DNA of 64,000 bases. Source: Pirellulales bacterium (GTDB lineage Bacteria > Planctomycetota > Planctomycetia > Pirellulales > Pirellulaceae). The notes beneath the pieces were generated by a model. It was given only the letters and a program-made list of their open reading frames with translations. It was not told where the DNA came from and searched no databases. The DNA lies in the NCBI GenBank assembly GCA_046349935.1, contig JAXMBK010000012.1, positions 77,556 through 141,555 of the forward strand. The letters run 5' to 3'. A program made the position numbers and the translations under genes. Positions within the stretch are counted from its first letter, which is position 1. Each line of letters starts with the position of its first letter. Of this stretch, positions 60,619-64,000 are shown in pieces.

Positions 60619-61662
60619 GTGCAGCAGCGGTTCCAACTAGGAGGACGGACCATGTACGACCTGATCAATGGCCGTGCGCAACGGCCGGGACGACGGCGCC
60701 ACCGCTTCGCGCCAGACATTCTGAAGCGGGTGAAGGATAAGTGCGTGCTCGACAACTGGCACGCGATTGTCGCCCTGATCTATATCTGGGCGTTCATCGG
60801 CACGACGGTGTCGGCACCCTACCTGTTGGAGCCCTGGCTGAACTGGTGGGTAGTCTACTCAGTGTGCGTCGTGTTGATGGGGTTCTGGATGCGGGGCCTA
60901 GCCACCCTGCTGCATGAAGGTGCCCATTTCGTTCTCGCGAAGAACGCCGTGGTTAACTTCCTGGCGGCGACCGTCGGGTCGGGCTATCTCATCTTTCACG
61001 CGTTCTTTCCGTACCGCATCAGCCATCTCAATCACCACATCTACCTGGGGAACGAAGGCAAGGACCCCGACCTGATGTTCCTGATCGCGCAGGGAGTCAA
61101 CTCTGCGAAATCACGCGCCGATTTCATTTGGAAGTTCCTCATCTCGCCACTGCTGATGTTCCGCACGCCGGCGAAGATCGTGGACTTGCTGCGCTATCGT
61201 TTCTTCGCGAAGGAAGAACCTTTGGCGGAAAAGCTCGGCAAGGGGATCTTCCTGGCGTTCATCATCGGCCTGCTCATCTATCTGGGACTGGGCCGCATGT
61301 TCTTCTGGATGTGGCTCGTGCCGCTGATCACGACGTTTCCGCTCGTGGCCTGGTACGTGGAACTGATGGAGCACTTTCCGCTCGTATGGGAGAGCGACAT
61401 CGATCTCTACATGACGCGCAATCGTTGGACGGATCCGGCGACCCGCTTCTTCCTCGGAATGTTCAACGAAAACTACCATCAGACGCACCATCTGTTTCCG
61501 CAGTGCCCGTTCTGGCGTTTGCCCGAAGTCCACAAGATTCTGATGGAAGACGAGGAATACCGGAACACTCAGTTCCGGGAGGTCGGCCTGGTGGGTTCGA
61601 TCATCGAAGGCACGCCGAGCATCCTCACGAGCATCGTCGAGCGCCGGCACCGGACGGCGTAG
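60619..61662 (+). CDS. membrane fatty-acid desaturase family protein
   Basis: Three His boxes (HEGAHF, HNHHIYLGNEGKDPD, HQTHHLFPQ) and multiple TM segments. Confidence 0.8.
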   Translation: MQQRFQLGGRTMYDLINGRAQRPGRRRHRFAPDILKRVKDKCVLDNWHAIVALIYIWAFIGTTVSAPYLLEPWLNWWVVYSVCVVLMGFWMRGLATLLHEGAHFVLAKNAVVNFLAATVGSGYLIFHAFFPYRISHLNHHIYLGNEGKDPDLMFLIAQGVNSAKSRADFIWKFLISPLLMFRTPAKIVDLLRYRFFAKEEPLAEKLGKGIFLAFIIGLLIYLGLGRMFFWMWLVPLITTFPLVAWYVELMEHFPLVWESDIDLYMTRNRWTDPATRFFLGMFNENYHQTHHLFPQCPFWRLPEVHKILMEDEEYRNTQFREVGLVGSIIEGTPSILTSIVERRHRTA

Positions 61663-61777
61663 GGGCTCTATGTGCCAACTCTTGTGCCGGCAGATCACCA
61701 CAGATCTGCCGGCCGTCTTGCGTCAATCGCAATTCAATTAGAGAACAACTACTAGTCATCTACTTGGGATAGCGACA

Positions 61778-62203
61778 ATGGATAAGCCTGCAAAAAAGTT
61801 CGCGATCGTGATCAAAGCCGGCGTTCAAGCTGGCAAAGCAATCAATATGGCCTCTCACTTGAGCGCCGAACTCGGCTCGCTGGCTCCGGAACTCGGCGGC
61901 AAGGAAGTGCTCGACGCCTCGGGGGTGAAGCACGCGGGACTTCCGATTTACCCCAATGTGATTTTGGCGGCGTCGGCCGAGGAGTTTCCGCAGGCGGTCG
62001 CCAAGGCCCGGCAGATGGCTGACACCGCTGAGGTCGTCTTCCTGGATTACCCAGAGGAAGGTTTCACGACGAGCACCGACGAAGCCTATCGCTCCGCCAT
62101 CGCGCTGCTCTCGACGGAGGCGATCGTCGTTCAAAGCTTTCTGGTCTATGGACCGCGTTCGCTGGTGAACGCCGTGACGAAAGGACTCATGCTCTGGAAG
62201 TAG
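61778..62203 (+). CDS. hypothetical protein (DUF2000-like)
   Basis: 141-aa ORF followed by a clear terminator. Weak resemblance to DUF2000-type proteins. Confidence 0.4.
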   Translation: MDKPAKKFAIVIKAGVQAGKAINMASHLSAELGSLAPELGGKEVLDASGVKHAGLPIYPNVILAASAEEFPQAVAKARQMADTAEVVFLDYPEEGFTTSTDEAYRSAIALLSTEAIVVQSFLVYGPRSLVNAVTKGLMLWK

Positions 62204-62232
62204 GCACGATGCTGATGGTGGAATGCACTGCG

Positions 62233-62261
62233 GGCCGGTTTTTGTCGAACCGGCCTTTTTT
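62233..62261 (+). terminator. Rho-independent terminator
   Basis: Perfect 8-bp stem ggccggtt/aaccggcc with a 7-nt loop, followed by TTTTTT. Confidence 0.65.
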
Positions 62262-62389
62262 GCGCCAAGGCGGCGACGGCCCCTTTCCATCCGCGGAACC
62301 CTTCGGCTCAATCCCGCAAGCTTTTCGAATGTTACCGGCGCGTGCCGGTCCGCGTGGAAGCGATGCATGCTTGTCGGCATGCACTGCCA

Positions 62390-62745
62390 AGGGGAAACCG
62401 CATCCCCGCATGGTCTACCTTGATGATCGAGCCTTGGAGATCGTGCAAACCGAACTCAAGAGGCGACGTCCCGGGATAGACTTTCGGACGAGGCAGGACA
62501 AGCCCTGGTCGCGAAACACGATTCGCTGCCGGTTCCGCTCGCTGAAGAAGCAATTCGGCGGGCCGCAGTACTGTGCGTACAATCTTCGCCACTCCTTCGC
62601 GACGAACGCCCTCCAGCGACTCGATCCCATTTCGGTCGCGACATTGATGGGGCATACCGACGCTACCACGCTGGCCCGTAACTACCAGCACCTGGCAAAA
62701 CTGCCCGCCGTCATGATCGAGGCGGCAAAGAAGGCGACTTCGTGA
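62390..62745 (+). pseudogene. duplicated 3' fragment of the tyrosine integrase gene (C-terminal ~117 codons only)
   Basis: ~90% nucleotide identity to 50350..50706, including the RHSFATNALQRL and LMGHTDATTLARNYQHL codons. No integrase N-terminal region upstream. Confidence 0.75.
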
Positions 62746-62825
62746 TCGATTGGATGCGCCAGCGTTCCAGCAAGTGATGGGCTGGGATGCCGAGACGCTG
62801 GCGCGGGATGGGTGGCGTATTCCTC

Positions 62826-63620
62826 TCACATGAAGGTTGCCAGCTTGACCACAATTAGCGCTATGGTCGAGGCCATACTCGCTACCGTTAGGAATGTCTT
62901 GACAATTCTAACGCCCCTATCAGTCCCAAAATTTGTGGTGTTGGTCACTAGAATCGAAACAAAAAGAAGAACAAAAAGTAGTTTTCCAAGTGCAAGAAGT
63001 GCAGAAATAACGCCCTTCGCAACGAGATTGCCGCTAGGGTCGATTAAGTGGCAGTAATAGGCGGGAGGCTGGCAGAGACCGTAAGCGAGGCATAGTGCCC
63101 AAATGTAAGTCGCAAAGGGTGGAAATTGTTTCGAAGCCGAATAGGCAAGAAAAAGAAAGCCGCATGTCGCTAGGATCATTCCCGGTGCAGCGACGAACAT
63201 TCGCCAAGCTGGACTGTCGAATGGAAGGTGTTTTCCAAAAATGAGATTCCACGACACCAGCGTCAGGGTTCCAGCCGCCAGATACGCAGAGAAATGCCAT
63301 AGAGTTGGCACCTTGTCTTTGGGCATTAGGGACCACGCCGTCGCAATCAATGCGACATTCGCAAATCCGTCAAACAGCAGAAGTAACCAGTAATTCGCAA
63401 CTGGGTCAGTGATGAGGGAGTACACCACAAGAAGCTCTAACCACCAGCCCATCCAGAAGACGACGCCGGCTGGCACGCCCGGAAATACATCGCTCAGTTC
63501 AATGGTCTTTGATTTGATGGCAAAGGCGAGTGTTCCCCAGGCAATGGCTACTACCATTATTGCCGCGATGTAAATATTTGCATCTGCAATTTTTTCGTCG
63601 ATAAATCGAATGGCGTTCAT
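62826..63620 (-). CDS. polytopic membrane protein, hypothetical
   Basis: About 8 hydrophobic helices. Lower-GC segment than its surroundings. Confidence 0.5.
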   Translation of the reverse strand: MNAIRFIDEKIADANIYIAAIMVVAIAWGTLAFAIKSKTIELSDVFPGVPAGVVFWMGWWLELLVVYSLITDPVANYWLLLLFDGFANVALIATAWSLMPKDKVPTLWHFSAYLAAGTLTLVSWNLIFGKHLPFDSPAWRMFVAAPGMILATCGFLFLAYSASKQFPPFATYIWALCLAYGLCQPPAYYCHLIDPSGNLVAKGVISALLALGKLLFVLLFVSILVTNTTNFGTDRGVRIVKTFLTVASMASTIALIVVKLATFM

Positions 63621-64000
63621 GTTGAATGATCGATTTTAGAAGGGTTTGGTGACGGGGGCGTTCGCGAGAATGCACAAGCGATTTAGTCGAGCATGTATTT
63701 CCAATGCCAAGCCTTTCGCCTGCGATTAGAAGTGCGAGCTGGCGATATCGTCGCGTGACTTTCGGTAGTTCGTGCGAGGTGTCCTTGGATGTTGGCGTTG
63801 TAGTAGGGGGGCCTTCGATAAAGAACTGACCGTGAGTGCCATTCTGAAGGGGCTGTGAAACGCAAGCTTTAGTTCTTGTAGTGGAAATGCCACGACCCCA
63901 CACGTGGTGGTGTGGTACCCTTAAATTCGCGGGGATCGCTTGGATTCTGATTTTTGTCATGTCGAGCTAGGAAATTCAACTACCCTCGAACGGCGGATTC

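Noticed and set aside
1-64000. CRISPR array or cas genes
   Set aside because: No regularly spaced short direct repeats and no Cas-like proteins were seen. The repeats present are DGR TR/VR, intragenic coding repeats and the palindromic intergenic motif.

Overview
High-GC (about 60-65%) accessory-rich segment that looks like a Planctomycetota chromosome: signal-peptide proteins, caspase-like domains, FGE-sulfatase domains and Ser/Thr kinases throughout. The main finding is a diversity-generating retroelement (DGR) at 23.2-27.5 kb. It has a reverse transcriptase with the DGR-type [LIV]GxxxSQ motif, an HRDC-domain accessory gene, and a ~139-bp template repeat (TR) rich in AAC/Asn codons. There are two variable repeats (VR), each at the 3' end of a secreted caspase-like protein fused to a C-terminal FGE-sulfatase (C-type-lectin-fold) domain. 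One VR is adjacent (24992..27529) and one is remote (8305..10356). TR/VR differences fall almost only on TR adenines. The adjacent target lies directly downstream of an extended ECF-type sigma factor and a zinc anti-sigma/TPR protein. Around it are four more caspase-like proteins with PDZ, DUF4384 and WD40 partner domains. A + strand cluster encodes an SPFH/flotillin-like protein, an FHA protein and three giant Ser/Thr kinases; two of the kinases have C-terminal FGE domains and one has ~470-bp intragenic tandem repeats. The 3' third contains a HipBST-like three-gene toxin-antitoxin locus beside a tRNA-like remnant, a tyrosine integrase with a duplicated 3' fragment 12 kb away (probable island), an ECF sigma/kinase pair, a phytochelatin-synthase-like protein, a frameshifted IS5/IS1182 transposase, an IS3 element with an A_AAA_AAA slippery site, and a fatty-acid desaturase. 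Also present: a TspO gene, two EEP-family nuclease genes (one with an in-frame TGA at a conserved Trp position), a metallophosphoesterase, and a recurring ~22-bp palindromic intergenic motif (ACGNCGGACAWWTGTCCCACGA). All calls come from reading the translations; none were checked against databases.
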